This document shows, one piece after another, positions 11,267-24,840 of a stretch of DNA of 64,000 nt. Source of the DNA: Macrostomum hystrix (Eukaryota > Animalia > Platyhelminthes). The notes under the pieces are model-generated. The model saw only the letters and a list, made by a program, of their open reading frames with translations. It had not been told where the DNA came from and did not search any database. Location of the stretch: positions 4,092,001-4,156,000 of the forward strand of contig CATNEN010000033.1 in the NCBI GenBank assembly GCA_950097015.1, written 5' to 3'. How positions within the stretch are numbered: the stretch's first letter is position 1; every line of letters starts with the position of its first letter. Both the position numbers and the translations under genes were made by a program.

Positions 11267-12060
11267 ATATTTTCTCGCCTCAATTATTTCCAATTATTTC
11301 CAATAATCCCAATTATTTCTTCGTGTCTCTCGTGAGCTATTAATTTGCACGAATGAAACTTTTGTCGCGGTGCCCTCTCAGCAATCGATTGAATTAAGTC
11401 GATCCGAATTGATATGCTCGTATTTAAATTTAGTCGCTTCAATACAAAAACAGTCAGTGAGCTCGTGAGACACTTAAGGATTTTTCTCCTCTGTGTCTCA
11501 CTGACAAGTGCCGCCAGTTGAGAGGCTGCTCAGAGCGGCTCTCAGGCACTGAGCACAGTCTGTCTGTCTGGCATCAAGTTTCATTTCAGTCGGGGGTAAA
11601 TCGACAGCTCGCCTGACCAGGGGGAGAGGAAAAGATGGCAATGGCTGACGGAAGCTGTCAAAACTGAGCGAGGGTAGGGGCCATTGTTATCGAGCGGACT
11701 CACTTTGGGATAATTGGGTTGGGAGCGATGGCTGCTTGCCGGCACTCAACTTCTCAACTGGGCGGCGTGACGCAACTGAGATCAACCGACACCAAAACAT
11801 GTCGGATGCCTGCGAGAGAACGATTATAGGGGAATTTTACGCAGATGATTTTATAGATGATTTTAAATAATGAGAATGTGTGCTGCAATGGGAATTGAAC
11901 GATTCTGGGTGCCTAAGAAATTCGGGAAGTTAGCGAATTTATCAACTTAACGAATCCAGGATTTTTAAGTTTCTAGGAAATTAACAACTCAATGATTTTC
12001 TTGAATCAAAGATTTAAACTAATCTCAGATAAAAAAAAGTAAAAATTTAAACAAATCTCG

Positions 12061-12856
12061 GATTAAACGAATCTATGATTTTAACGAATCTATGATTTTA
12101 ACGAATCTATGATTTTAACGAATCTATGATTTTAACGAATCTATGATTTTAACGAATCTATGATTTTAACGAATCTATGATTTTAACGAATCTATAATTT
12201 TAACGAATCTAGGGTTTTAACGAATCTATGATTTTAACGAATCTATAATTTTAACGAATCTATGATTTTAACGAATCTATAATTTTAACTAATCTATGAT
12301 TTTAACGAATCTATGATTTTAACGAATCTATAATTTTAACGAATCTAGGGTTTTAACGAATCTATGATTTTAACGAATCTATGATTTTTAACGAATCTAT
12401 GATTTTAACGAATCTATGATTTTAACGAATCTATGATTTTAACGAATCTATAATTTTAACGAATCTATGATTTTAACGAATCTATGATTTTAACAAATCT
12501 ATGATTTTAACGAATCTATGATTTTAACGAATCTATGATTTTAACAAATCTATGATTTTAACGAATCAATGATTTTAACGAATCTATGATTTTAACGAAT
12601 CTATGATTTTAACGAATCTATGATTTTAACGAATCTATGATTTTAACGAATCTATGATTTTAACGAATCTATGATTTTAACGAATCTATGATTTTAACGA
12701 ATCTATGATTTTAACGAATCTATGATTTTAACAAATCTATGATTTTAACGAATCTATGATTTTAACAAATCTATGATTTTAACGAATCTATGATTTTAAC
12801 GAATCTATGATTTTAACGAATCTATGATTTTAACGAATCTAGGGTTTTAACGAATC
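12061..12856. repeat. 17-bp minisatellite (GATTTTAACGAATCTAT)n, ~46 copies, degenerate edges
   Basis: Direct reading; decayed copies in both flanks. Confidence 0.97.
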
Positions 12857-13759
12857 CTTGATTTAAACCAAATGTAGGATTTTTACGAGTCTCGTATTTT
12901 AACAAATCTATAATTTATCAAATCTAGCAATTTACAGAATTTAGTTTTTTAGAGAAGCTGGGATTTTATAAAATTTAGGAATAAAACGACTCTGGTATTA
13001 TTCTTGTTAGAAATACGTGAGAATGGATGAAATGGTTTGCAGAAGCTGTGCTTTTGCACCTGCTTTCGCATTAGTGCAATCATTGACACAGATTATTGGT
13101 AATGTTAACAGTTTCATGCTGCATGGGTTGGAAATCTGCTCAGTATAAAATTGCTCTTACAAAACAGTTTACACCCTAACAGTGAATTAACCCTAAATTA
13201 ATCCTCATTAATTTCCCCACTACCTGATATCCACATTTTACAGGAGAGGGGGGAGAGAGAGGGGAGGGAGACCACAGTTGATGGAGCGCAAGAGGCTGTA
13301 ATGCTGCGCGAGTTGCTTGGCAAAGTTTCCCCAGGCAAATTCCTAATTTCAGCTCCCAGAACGAATCTTCGCACGCGGAAAATGGACCACCTGCTTGCTA
13401 ATTGGGCTGGGGAGCAGTGGAAATTAACAAATCCCGCATCCCATCTTTATCCCGCTGGGCAGATCCCACTTATCACTTGGCCCACTAAACTAGTCAAGTA
13501 GTCGCTAGGCAAATGAAATATGTATAGATACATCGAGGAAGAAATGAATGAATGAATTTAGGGCGAAAAAAACTGGCAAAGACAAAAGAAAAATGAATGG
13601 GAAATCTTTGCTTCGCTTAGCATTGATTGCATAATCGTTATTCCCTGCACGCCACCGCCTCTCGTGAATTATTAGCTGAATGAAATGCAGGATGATGGCT
13701 TGTGGCCAATGCGGAACTGGAGGGACACTTTGTTTATTTTTGTCTCCATCTGCCTGTTC

Positions 13760-14095
13760 TGGGTGTCTGTCTACCAGTTGTGGGTGTCTGCCTGCCAGTT
13801 TTGGGTGTCTGCCTGCCTGTTGTGGGTGTCTGCCTGCCTGTTGTGGGTGTCTGCCTGCCTGTTGTGGGTGTCTGCCTGCCTGTTGTGGGTGTCTGCCTGT
13901 CTGTTGTGGGTGTCTACCTGTCTGTTGTGGGTGTCTGCCTGTCTGTTGTGGGTGTCTGCCTGCCTGTTGTGGGTGTCTGCCTGCCTGTTGTGGGTGTGTG
14001 CCTGCCTGTTGTGGGTGTGTGCCTGCCTGTTGTGGGTGTGTGCCTGCCTGTTGTGGGTGTCTGCCTGTCTGTTGTGGGTGTCTACCTGTCTGTTC
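13760..14095. repeat. 21-bp minisatellite (GTGTCTGCCTGCCTGTTGTGG)n, ~16 copies
   Basis: Direct reading; source of the CLPACCG pseudo-ORF. Confidence 0.96.
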
Positions 14096-14849
14096 TGCCC
14101 GCCTATTCTGGATGTCTGTCAGTATTTTAATTCTTCTGCTGTTCCCATTTAGTATCTCCGAGTTCCCTTCTCGACTTTATTTTCTTGTGTGACAGAAACC
14201 AGCCCTTCCTGGCAAGCAACTATCTGACAATTCGTCACCCAGGTGACAGGCCCGCAGATACAATCGGCAAGGTAAACAGGTGTTAAGGGCTGGATTCCAT
14301 CTTTCAGAGCAAACTATGCAGCTACTTCTGGTCTGCTTTTAGTACACTCGCTGGAAACCAGCACAGCAGCAACTAGAACTGCAACACAGAGGAATTCCAG
14401 ATCACATATGACCACTTGTGTCCGACAGAGTGTCTGGGCTAGTGTTTGAGTAGTGTTTGAGTAGTGTTTGTGCACACCTCAACACATTGTAAGCAAGTGT
14501 ATTAGCCAATGAATAAACAACCAAAGCGAGTACGAGTATTTGCGAAGCATGCACTGCGGCTTCCCACCTTCTGCTACTCAGCCTCAAAACTAAATTGTGA
14601 CTCACAGCATCTTTCTCGCTATTTCGCTATTTCATAAAAGTACGTTAATTGGGAAATGCTTTTTAGAATCGAAGCTTCACTTCTTTTGATTCTTCACAGG
14701 CGATTCGGATCGAAGATGCATTCATTGTCTATGGCAAAAATAGCTCTAAAACAGGCTCGAATTGAAAGTGTTGAGAGTCAGCTGCCATTAGCCGAGCGTG
14801 CAGCAGATTCTGTTAACGAATAAATCAATTGCAAAGCAATTAATCTGCC

Positions 14850-15392
14850 ATGAACAACAACTCGGCTACGGCGACAGCCTTTCACGATGCGGCCAACGGC
14901 AACCCGCGCCTGCAGCAGTGGCTGAAGGAGACCGAGCGGCAGCGGGAGGAGAATAACAGGGCCGCGTTCGCCCGCTGGATGGAGAAGTGCGACAGCGGCC
15001 TGGTTAAGCCAGCCACCCTGCAGAGCTACCCGACTGCCGCCGCGGCGCTGCGGGCTGCTCAAACCGCCGGCAGCCAGAGCCCCATGACAGCCGCCGCAGT
15101 GGCCGCCGCAGCTGCCGCTGCCGCAAGCAAGCACCGCCAGCTTCATCAGCAGCATCATAACTCAATTCAGCAGCACCAGCAGCAGCAGCAACAACAGCAG
15201 CAACAGCAGCAGCAACAGCAGCAGCAACAGCAGCAGCAACAGCAGCAGCACCAGACAGGTATCCAGCAACCCCAGCTGTTTCTGCAACAGTCTCAGGTTG
15301 AATTCGAGTTTGCGGGTGACGGGACCCACTTTGCCACTGCGCTGGGCCAGGCACTGCTGCAACACTCCCAGCAACAGCAGCAGCAACAGCAA

Positions 15393-15427
<35 letters not shown>

Positions 15428-15736
15428 AATGTTAGAGTCAGCGGACTGTGGGCAGCTGGGATATCCAATGTACATGTACGCAGGCTACCAGCCCTACCAG
15501 CCGGCTGCTTTCTGCTACGCACCGGCAACGCACCAGCAGCAACAGCAGCAGCAGCAGCACTTAATGCAACATCACCACAACTACCTGGGAGGTCCTGGAC
15601 AGCCTTCCATGCCACAGTCCATGCAGCTGCCTCCAACGTCTTCTGCGCCATCGTGCTCGGCGTCTTCCTCATCTGCCACCTCTTCGGCTTCGATATCCTC
15701 GACATCCTCAGCTGTTCAGCCTGCAACTCCCACTCG

Positions 15737-15783
<47 letters not shown>

Positions 15784-15968
15784 CGCAACAGTCCACAGTG
15801 CAGACATCGCAGACAGTGGAGATCATCTACCAGGCCGGAGGTCCCGCTGCAGTCAGCGACTTGCCAGATGCATCGGCGGTGGCCTCGGGTGATCACCTGC
15901 AGCAGCTGTGCGCCGAGTTTCCCACAATGGCAGCCGCCGTCTGTCACGTGCTGCAGCGACAGAACTGA
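14850..15968 (+). CDS. Glutamine/alanine-rich low-complexity protein, 372 aa, single coding exon, function unknown
   Basis: ATG to TGA open frame with non-repetitive N- and C-terminal segments, several poly-Q tracts (CAG/CAA), GC-rich against AT-rich flanks; strong upstream acceptor cttcttttgattcttcacag|G at 14700. Confidence 0.8.
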
Positions 15969-16625
15969 GACTGAGTCGCTGTCCACGCGCAGTCTCTTTT
16001 ATCAGGAATCTATTTTTGCTTTTTTTATCTTTAAAAGGCGTTTAAAAACGGCACGCTAAAGGTGACAGTCAGCTCACAGACAGGGAGCTTGATAACTTTT
16101 CGTTATACGCAGCAGCTACTATGTGCAATTAATTTTTTACAGCTTTAACAAAAGTAATTAAAATAATATTTTTATTCTGCTAAAAGCTTAGGAGAAATTT
16201 CTAGCTGTTCTACCCACTACTCAGTTTCATAACGCAAATTTACCATTTCCCCCACGCTTGCTTTTGGCCCAAAAAAACGAGACAAATGCCTGAGCACTGT
16301 GGCCTCGAATGTAATTTGTAGTGTAATTCTGAGGCAGTATAACGTAACGACATTTTTTTGTTAGGCCAATTCCTTCACTATGAATCTTATAGACTCCCGT
16401 TTATTTTACAATTGCTTAGTAGCAGCTTGAAATATTATTATCGTTCATTAATATTATTTTTTTCTCGTACTAATAATCATTATCAACACTTTACAACGCA
16501 GAATTACTAAACCATATAAAATGTGCTCCAGAACTTACGAAAATAAGTGCAAGACAGCCAAAACAGCCCCTAGTGTTGATAACAAGAACTACATGCATCT
16601 GAGTCTGATGTTTTTATCTTTTCAG

Positions 16626-17259
16626 GAGACACAGGGAGATATGAGACAGGGGAGAGATAAGACAGGGGAGAGATGAGACAGGGGAGAGATGAGACAAGGG
16701 AGAGATGAGACAGGGAAGAGATGAGACAGGGGAGATATGAGACAGGGGAGATATGAGACAGGGGAGATATGAGACAGGGGAGAGATGAGACAGGGGAGAG
16801 ATGAGACAGGGGAGAGATGAGACAGGGGAGAGATGAGACAGGGGAGAGATGAGACAGTGGGAGGGATGAGACAGGGGAGATATAAGACTGGGGAGAGATG
16901 AGACAAGGGAGAGATGAGACAAGGGAGAGATGAGACTGGGGAGAGATGAGACACGGGAGAGATGAGACAGGGGAGAGATGAGACAGGGGAGAGATGAGAC
17001 AGGGGAGAGATGAGACAGGGAGAGATGAGACAGGGGAGAGATGAGACAGGGGAGAGATGAGACAGTGGAGAGATGAGACAAGGGAGAGATGAGACAGGGG
17101 AGAGATGAGACAGGTGAGAGATGAGACAAGGGAGAGATGAGACAGGGGAGAGATGAGACAGGGGAGAGATGAGACAGGGGAGAGATGAGACAGGGGAGAG
17201 ATGAGACAGGGGAGAGATGAGACAGGGGAGAGATGAGACAGGGGAGAGATGAGACAGGG
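16626..17259. repeat. 16-bp purine-rich minisatellite (GAGACAGGGGAGAGAT)n, ~39 copies
   Basis: Direct reading; same unit as the arrays at 54.5 and 55.9 kb. Confidence 0.97.
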
Positions 17260-17619
17260 GTATTTTGTTAGAATGGCTCTGTGTGCCGCGGGCCCGAGTT
17301 AGCGGAACGTAAACCAAGCTTTGGCAAGCTCATGCTATTCGTTTTAATAGTACAAACGAATAGGGGGAATTGGGGAGAGTGAGGAGAGTGCGCAGCGCGC
17401 AAAACACTGGATAATTACCCCAACTGTTGAGCGGAACTGTTGGGTTGAGCAGGCAGAGCTGGCATGTCAATCTGCCTGTCTGTCACTCACTCAATCCATT
17501 CTTCTGTTGTCTCCAACCAACGACTGCGGCAACAGTCGCTAAAACCTTAACTGATGACAACAACTGCGTTTGCACTTTATAATCCTCCTCCCCTGTACAT
17601 CCTACTCACCTGTCTCTAC

Positions 17620-17910
17620 ACCACGATATATCCTCCCCTGTCTCTCCTCACCTGCCTCTCCTCCCCCCTCTCTTCCCCTGCCTCCCCTCCTCCCCTGCCT
17701 CTCCTCCTCCCCTGACTCTCCTCCTCCCCTGCCTCTCCTCCTCCCCTGCCTCTCCTCCTCCCCTGCCTCTCCTCCTCCCCTGCCTCTCCTACTCCCCTGC
17801 CTCATCTCCTCCCCTGCCTCATCTCCTCCACTGCCTCTCCTCCTCCCCTGTCTCTCCTCCTCCCCTGCCTCATCTCCTCCCCTGCCTCTCCTCCTCCCCT
17901 GCCTCTCCTC
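17620..17910. repeat. Degenerate polypyrimidine repeat (CCTGCCTCTCCTCCTCC-like)
   Basis: Direct reading. Confidence 0.9.
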
Positions 17911-18570
17911 CACCGCAGCCCCTTCTCTTACCCGGTCTCCCCCTTGCCGTCTCCCCTCCCCGCCTTCCCTCTGAGCCTGACGCGCCTCGGCCCTTCGTCA
18001 AGTATTTGCTGTCGATTGCTCATAAATAAACAGCGCCGCATGCTGCAAACTCGAGAACTCCTTTGAATTTGTGTTTCATTGCGCAACTGAATGTTCTCAG
18101 ACTAAGCCAGGCTGACCCTGATTTCCTTATCCAGCTTGGAGTTGTAAATTTTCAATTTCTATTGACAATTGGCTCTCAAAATTCTTGAGAAAGTCAAAGC
18201 TACAAAAGACAAGAACTGCGGCCCACTTGAACTTCAATAGCAGGGCCGTGTCACTCTGGCTAGTTCCTGGTGACTCACGCACAGTCTGCTCAACTTTCCT
18301 TTGTAGGACACTTCAACTGAGACAAACGGCACACGGTGCTGGATGGGGTAAATTCTTGCGAATTGAATGTATTAGAAAGTTTGTGTAGGCATTGTTTAAT
18401 CGTAATCGTCAATTTTGGACACTCGAATGAAAGCTAATAGATCAGTGACTGCCGGACTGCGAAATTAACAAAATATTAGTTACACTCGATAACACATCGG
18501 AATTTCCTTCCTTATTTTTTTACCTTGAGTTTCTTTCTTACGTATATTTCACAAATGAAGTTTTTTTCTG

Positions 18571-19656
18571 AAATTTCATACCTGAAGCTTAAGAATTCCT
18601 CCACAGTTTGACATCTAAAGCTTGAATTCCTATAGAATTTCACACCTGAAGCTTGAATTCCTCCAGAATTTCACACCTGAAGCTTGAATTCCTCCAGAAT
18701 TTCACACCTGAAGCTTGAATTCCTCCAGAATTTCACACCTGAAGCTAGCATTCCTCCAGATTTTCACACCTGAAGCTTGCATTCCTCCAGATTTTCACAC
18801 CTGAAGCTTGCATTCCTCCAGAATTTCACACCTGAAGCTTGAATTCCTCCAGAATTTCACACCTGAAGCTTGCATTCCTCCAGATTTTCACACCCGAAGC
18901 TTGCATTCCTCCAGAATTTCACACCTGAAGCTTGCATTCCTCCAGATTTTCACACCTGAAGCTTGAATTCTTCCAGAATTTCACACCTGAAGCTCGAATT
19001 CCTCCAGATTTTCACACCTGAAGCTTGCATTCCTCCAGATTTTCACACCTGAAGCTTGAATTCTTCCAGAATTTCACACCTGAAGCTTGAATTCCTCCAG
19101 AATTTCACACCTGAAGCTTGCATTCCTCCAGATTTTCACACCTGAAGCTTGCATTCCTCCAGAATTTCACACCTGAAGCTTGAATTCCTCCAGAATTTCA
19201 CACCTGAAGCTTGCATTCCTCCAGATTTTCACACCCGAAGCTTGCATTCCTCCAGAATTTCACACCTGAAGCTTGCATTCCTCCAGATTTTCACACCTGA
19301 AGCTTGAATTCTTCCAGAATTTCACACCTGAAGCTCGAATTCCTCCAGATTTTCACACCTGAAGCTTGCATTCCTCCAGATTTTCACACCTGAAGCTTGA
19401 ATTCTTCCAGAATTTCACACCTGAAGCTCGAATTCCTCCAGATTTTCACACCTGAAGCTTGCATTCCTCCAGATTTTCACACCTGAAGCTTGAATTCTTC
19501 CAGAATTTCACACCTGAAGCTCGAATTCCTCCAGATTTTCACACCTGAAGCTTGCATTCCTCCAGATTTTCACACCTGAAGCTTGCATTCCTCCAGAATT
19601 TCACACCTGAAGCTTGCATTCCTCCAGATTTTCACACCTGAAGCTTGAATTCCTCC
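18571..19656. repeat. 31-bp minisatellite (AATTTCACACCTGAAGCTTGAATTCCTCCAG)n, ~34 copies
   Basis: Direct reading; GAATTC/GCATTC and AATTT/ATTTT variants recur in patterned order. Confidence 0.97.
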
Positions 19657-19671
19657 TGAAAGAAAATATAC

Positions 19672-19677
19672 TTTATT
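19672..19677 (-). promoter_or_regulatory. Candidate distal poly(A) signal of the protocadherin gene
   Basis: AATAAA on the minus strand ~970 nt after the stop; nearer candidates at ~20182 and ~20576. Confidence 0.3.
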
Positions 19678-20644
19678 GCTCTGACGAGTACTGTGAGAAT
19701 GACAGTTACCGTTTTATGCTTATCCCTTAATAATAAAATCACATTTGATGCAAAATCCTCATACAGCACTGTATATTTGTCCTCCCACACAGTCAAGGTT
19801 ATGACTATTGTTGTTAATAAACATAGGGCAATTGAAGCAAAACAAAAATATAAATAACTTGCTGCATTTTGCCCAATTCAGAAGCATAAAACATGAAAAC
19901 AAAAAACATGAACAGTCAGCAAGGAAAGCGAGTTGTCTGATAAATAATAGTAATAACATTATGAACAACACTGCGAATGATTCTAGCAAGTGAAAGTGGA
20001 TAATATTCCTGTTCATTTTCAGGATCAAACCTGATGAAAAGAAAAAAAAGCGAGAGCGCACATTTTGTGTACAAGTCAAATTAGCCAGCCAATGGGCGCG
20101 GGCTGTCAGATTCCAGGAATCTGCATAGGAAGGCTAATGATGTACTCGCTGGAACAGAACCGAAGATGCGGCTTCTACTTTGATTTATTGACAGATATTT
20201 TTCCTTTTTTGTACTCTAGGATCGCTTTTTCAGTTGTACAATCGTAGCAAACATTCAATCGAACATTAATAATGTACATTATCTGTACACTTAATGTACG
20301 TCAAGGCTGTACATTAGGACTGTACATTCTATGTACATTAGAAACTCAGCGAGTGTATGCTTTATTTTGCATATAGGGCAGGCAGACTAAATTAAGAGCT
20401 AATTTAATCTGCAGCGTACATCAAATGTGCACTGAATGTACATCCATACTCCCGACCCATAAATTCCTGACACGAAGTGGAGGCTGCGATTAGAGGCATC
20501 ATTGGGAAGAATTAGAGGTCAATTGTACGCATGGCCGGCAGGTCTGGTGTGTGGCATGCTTAAAATGAAATGTACTTTATTCAGCCTATACTGTACAGTT
20601 ATCGACAATAATTCTGACTTTCTGCTGAATCTGCGGCCGGAGGG

Positions 20645-21091
20645 TCACACCAGGCTGCCGCCTGCGTCCTCCATGATCATGTGCGGCCGGGGTCTCGGCG
20701 CGCCCAATGTCTGGAAGCCGCCACCGCTGACTCCTCCGCCACCGGCGCCGCCACCGCAGGCGCTGGTAGCAAGACCGGAGTGATGAAGATGACCGAGCTG
20801 GTGCCTGCTCAGCGTGGCGCTTCGGTTGCCATAGTTACCACCGGCTCCAGCTGAGCAAATGTCGGGCTGATTCCGGCCGCTGAAAGACACGGTGGCAGCG
20901 GCGGCAGCGGCTTGGCCGAGCTCCGCAGAGGACAGCAGCGAGGCTGCGGCGACGCCGACGGACGCAGTGGTCAGGGGGTGCGCCCGGTTGTGGTGCCCGT
21001 TGCTATTGGAGACGCTGCCTCCTTTGCCGCTGTCGCCGTCGGACTCGGGAACGCCGTCGGATTGATCGTCGATCAGCTGCTTGACGGAAGC
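20645..21091 (-). CDS. Protocadherin, terminal coding exon (cytoplasmic tail)
   Basis: Acceptor cttcctccag|GCT, phase 0, matching exon 2; open to TGA at 20645; contains SDGDSGKGGS resembling the DSG(K/R)GDS motif of delta-type protocadherin tails. Confidence 0.8.
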   Translation of the reverse strand, partial: ASVKQLIDDQSDGVPESDGDSGKGGSVSNSNGHHNRAHPLTTASVGVAAASLLSSAELGQAAAAAATVSFSGRNQPDICSAGAGGNYGNRSATLSRHQLGHLHHSGLATSACGGGAGGGGVSGGGFQTLGAPRPRPHMIMEDAGGSLV

Positions 21092-22276
21092 CTGGAGGAA
21101 GTCGGTTGTGAGTTGAGATCAACATTGCGTGCGCGCGTCCACTAACTGTGCTAGTTTTTTGTAGCTGACAGTCTCACAGGCATCCACAGAGAAGGAAAGC
21201 TGGTTATGGAGGCCATAATTCCCATATTTTCAGTTGGCTAGACAGCAACAATAGCCGGGGCTGTGTCACTGGGCGGAGTCTGACTGCAGCAAACCAGACA
21301 AAAAGCAGAAACAGTCACTGCGCCATCAGCGCCCTTTGGTCCGGCAGTCTAGTGGAGTTTTTTGACCAGTGGCTAAGCTATAGAGTTAACGGCCTGGGGT
21401 TACCCTGGACAAACACTGTACAGGCGCCTTCAGGCCAAACAATGATCTAATCAAGAGGCTTTCATCGCTAATCTCACTCATTAAGTATATAGCGAAGTCA
21501 GCATTTTTAGCCCGGCACATTGGATCACTATCTGGTGAGGTTTGATGAGCTTTACTTAACCCCAATCCCTATTTGATGAAAACAAACAATGAATGACGCT
21601 GAATGAGGCATTGGTGAGATGAAGTTTATTGAAAAATTGTCTCCCACACGGTTAACTGAATGCTAGTTGACCCAGCTTTGAAATGAATGATGCATGTGTA
21701 CAGCGCTGCTTGCATTGTCTCACTTCCAGCACTGATGCAATAGGAATGTAGTCATACTTTGATTAGTCACTGTCATATATCACATTCCCAGGTGTGGTAA
21801 GTGTGCTGCAGTGGCAGCAACTGGAGCAGTCTGCCAACCACCTGCAAGGCAGGAGAGGGGGGTGTGGCTTAGACACGCCGGTACTAAAAAATGGGAAATG
21901 AACAACAGAAATAATCCCTCTTTGTCTTCCGAAACTTTACTCTGGACTAAAACTGCGATGCCATGCTACAGTCTTGTCTACGGGCCTTTTTGAGTAAATG
22001 TGCTCAACTTTTCTCTGACACATCTCCAATGTGACTGCGGTTGCATTATTGATTGCAATTTTTTTCTCCTTTGTATTCAAAGAGAAAGGAGTAAGGAAGA
22101 TTTGAGCAGCTATACTCAACTAACCCGAGTCAGTCACCATTTGAGCTTCTGCCTGCTCAAATGACACGTCGGGGCTGGTTTGGTGAAATTGAAGTCAACA
22201 AATGATTATTAAATCCAAGCAGTTGATTGCACATGCGCCTTTCGTTCACATGTAGATTATTTTCACGTCAGTCAGT

Positions 22277-23160
22277 CTATCATTCTAGCAACTGTTTAAC
22301 ATTTCTATCAATCAATCTAGCAACTGATTAACTTTTCTATCAATCAATCTAGCAACTGATTAACATTTCTATCAATCAATCTAGCAACTGATTAACTTTT
22401 CTATCAATCAATCTAGCAACTGATTAACATTTCTATCAATCAATCTAGCAACTGATTAACTTTTCTATCAATCAATCTAGCAACTGATTAAATTGATTGA
22501 ATTAAATTGATTGAATCAATTGATTCAATTGATTCACTGATTAAATTGATTGATTTTTATCAATCAATCTAGCAACTGATTAACATTTCTATCAATCAAT
22601 CTAGCAACTGAATAACATTTCTATCAATTATTCTAGCAACTGATTAACATTTCTATCAATCAATCTAGCAACTGATTAACATTTCTATCAATCAATCTAG
22701 CAACTGATTAACATTTCTATCAATCAATCTAGCAACTGATTAACATTTCTATCAATCATTCTAGCAACTGATTAACATTTCTATCAATCAATCTAGCAAC
22801 TGATTAACATTTCTATCAATCAATCTAGCAACTGATTAACATTTCTATCAATCAATCTAGCAACTGAATAACATTTCTATCAATTACTCTAGCATCTGAT
22901 TAACATTTCTATCAATCATTCTAGCAACTGATTAACATTTCTATCAATCAATCTAGCAACTGATTAACATTTCTATCAATCAATCTAGCAACTTATTAAC
23001 ATTTCTATCAATCAATCTAGCAACATATTATCTTTTCTATCAATCAATCTAGCAACTGATTAACATTTCTATAAATCAATCTAGCAACTGATTAACATTT
23101 CTATAAATCAATCTAGCAACTGATTAACTTTTCTATCAATCAATCTAGCAACTGATTAAC
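22277..23160. repeat. 32-bp minisatellite (TTCTATCAATCAATCTAGCAACTGATTAACAT)n with an internal inverted patch at ~22490-22560
   Basis: Direct reading; lies in protocadherin intron 2. Confidence 0.96.
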
Positions 23161-23869
23161 TTTTATTAATCTATCAATCTATCAATCTTTCAATTTATCA
23201 ATCTTCAATCTTGTATCAATCAACACATCAAGATGTGACCCACCCATCAATCAATTTATCAATCAAACAAAAAGCTTCATCAAACGGTGAGCTTTGATAT
23301 TGCTGCTGACACACCTGTAAATCAATCAATCAATCAATCAAGCTACTGGCACCGCTATCAAGCTATCAGCGTATTGACACATCATTCTAAGTCTACCAAA
23401 AGTGCTCAGTGAAGAACAAAAATAGAAATCGGCCGCGGGAGGTTTAAACAGGCCAAAATGAGCAAATACTGGGGAAGTCAGTTGAGAAAAGCAGGGGGGA
23501 GGACAGAGGTAGAATTGAGAAGCAGAAATACACACTTGGCTGGCTCCGTCAAGAGAGCGGCTGTGCAGGAAGGAAACGGCAGTGCCGGTAGGTGAGCAAT
23601 TAATTTCTGCGGCACACTCAAAAGCTCATGAATAATTCATTAAGTATAATAATAAAGACGAGGGCCTCGCGGGAAGCTGGGCTGCATGCCAGTCGCAGCT
23701 TCATCTTCTTCTGACTCCTTCCCCCAAACTGAGCATCGGCGCGCATTTGTATCAACGGACTTTTGAATTCAGCAATTGGCTCCAAGGCTCTCTGAATAGA
23801 TTATGAAATACTGCAATGGAAGCATTGCGAAGTGAAGGTGAGACGCAAAACTAAAAAATACGAATCCAC

Positions 23870-24840
23870 AGAGACAAGAAAGACATGACAAGAGGGATGA
23901 CAAGAGACCAGGAGAGAAATGACAAGAGACAAAATAGATGACAAAAGATAAGAAAGATGATAATAGGCAAGAAGATATGACAAGAGACAGGAGAGATGAC
24001 AAGAGGCAGGAGAGATGACAAGAGACAGGAGAGATGACAAGAGGCAGGAGATATGACAAGAGACAGGAGAGATGACAAGAGACAGGGGAGATGACAAGAG
24101 ACAGGAGAGATGACAAGAGGCAGGAGATATGACAAGAGACAGGAGAGATGACAAGAGACAGGGGAGATGACAAGAGACAGGGGAAATGACAAGAGGCAGG
24201 AGAGATGACAAGAGGCCAAGATAGAGATGACAAGAGGCAGTAGAGATGACAAGAGGCAGGAGAGATGACAAGAGGCAGGAGAGATGACAAGAGACAGGGG
24301 AGATGACAAGAGGCCAAGATAGAGATGACAAGAGGCCAAGATAGAGATGACAAGAGGCCAAGATAGAGATGACAAGAGGCCAAGATAGAGATGACAAGAG
24401 GCCAAGATAGAGATGACAAGAGGCCAAGATAGAGATGACAAGAGGCAGGAGAGATGATAAGAGACAGGAGAGATGACAAGAGGCCAAGATAGAGATGACA
24501 AGAGGCCAAGATAGAGATGACAAGAGGCAGGAGAGATGACAAGAGACAGGGGAAATGACAAGAGACAGGGGAGATGACAAGAGACAGGGGAGATGACAAG
24601 AGACAGGGGAGATGACAAGAGGCCAAGATAGAGATGACAAGAGGCAGGAGAGATGACAAGAGACAGGAGAGATGACAAGAGACAGGAGAGATGACAAGAG
24701 ACAGGAGAGATGACAAGAGGCCAAGATAGAGATGACAAGAGGCCAAGATAGAGATGACAAGAGGTAGGAGAGATGACAAAAGACCGAGAAAGAAATGACA
24801 AGAGGCCGAGATAGGATGACAAGAGACAATAGAGAGATGA
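23870..24840. repeat. Mixed 19/22-bp purine-rich minisatellite (GATGACAAGAGACAGGAGA / GATGACAAGAGGCCAAGATAGA)n
   Basis: Direct reading; source of three 320-375 aa pseudo-ORFs. Confidence 0.96.

Noticed and set aside
18571-19656. 31-bp array as a CRISPR array or as cloning-vector polylinker (AAGCTT, GAATTC, AAGCTTGCAT)
   Set aside because: Units are head-to-tail with no unique spacers and no cas genes; restriction sites are integral to units that decay gradually into the flank, so contamination is implausible.
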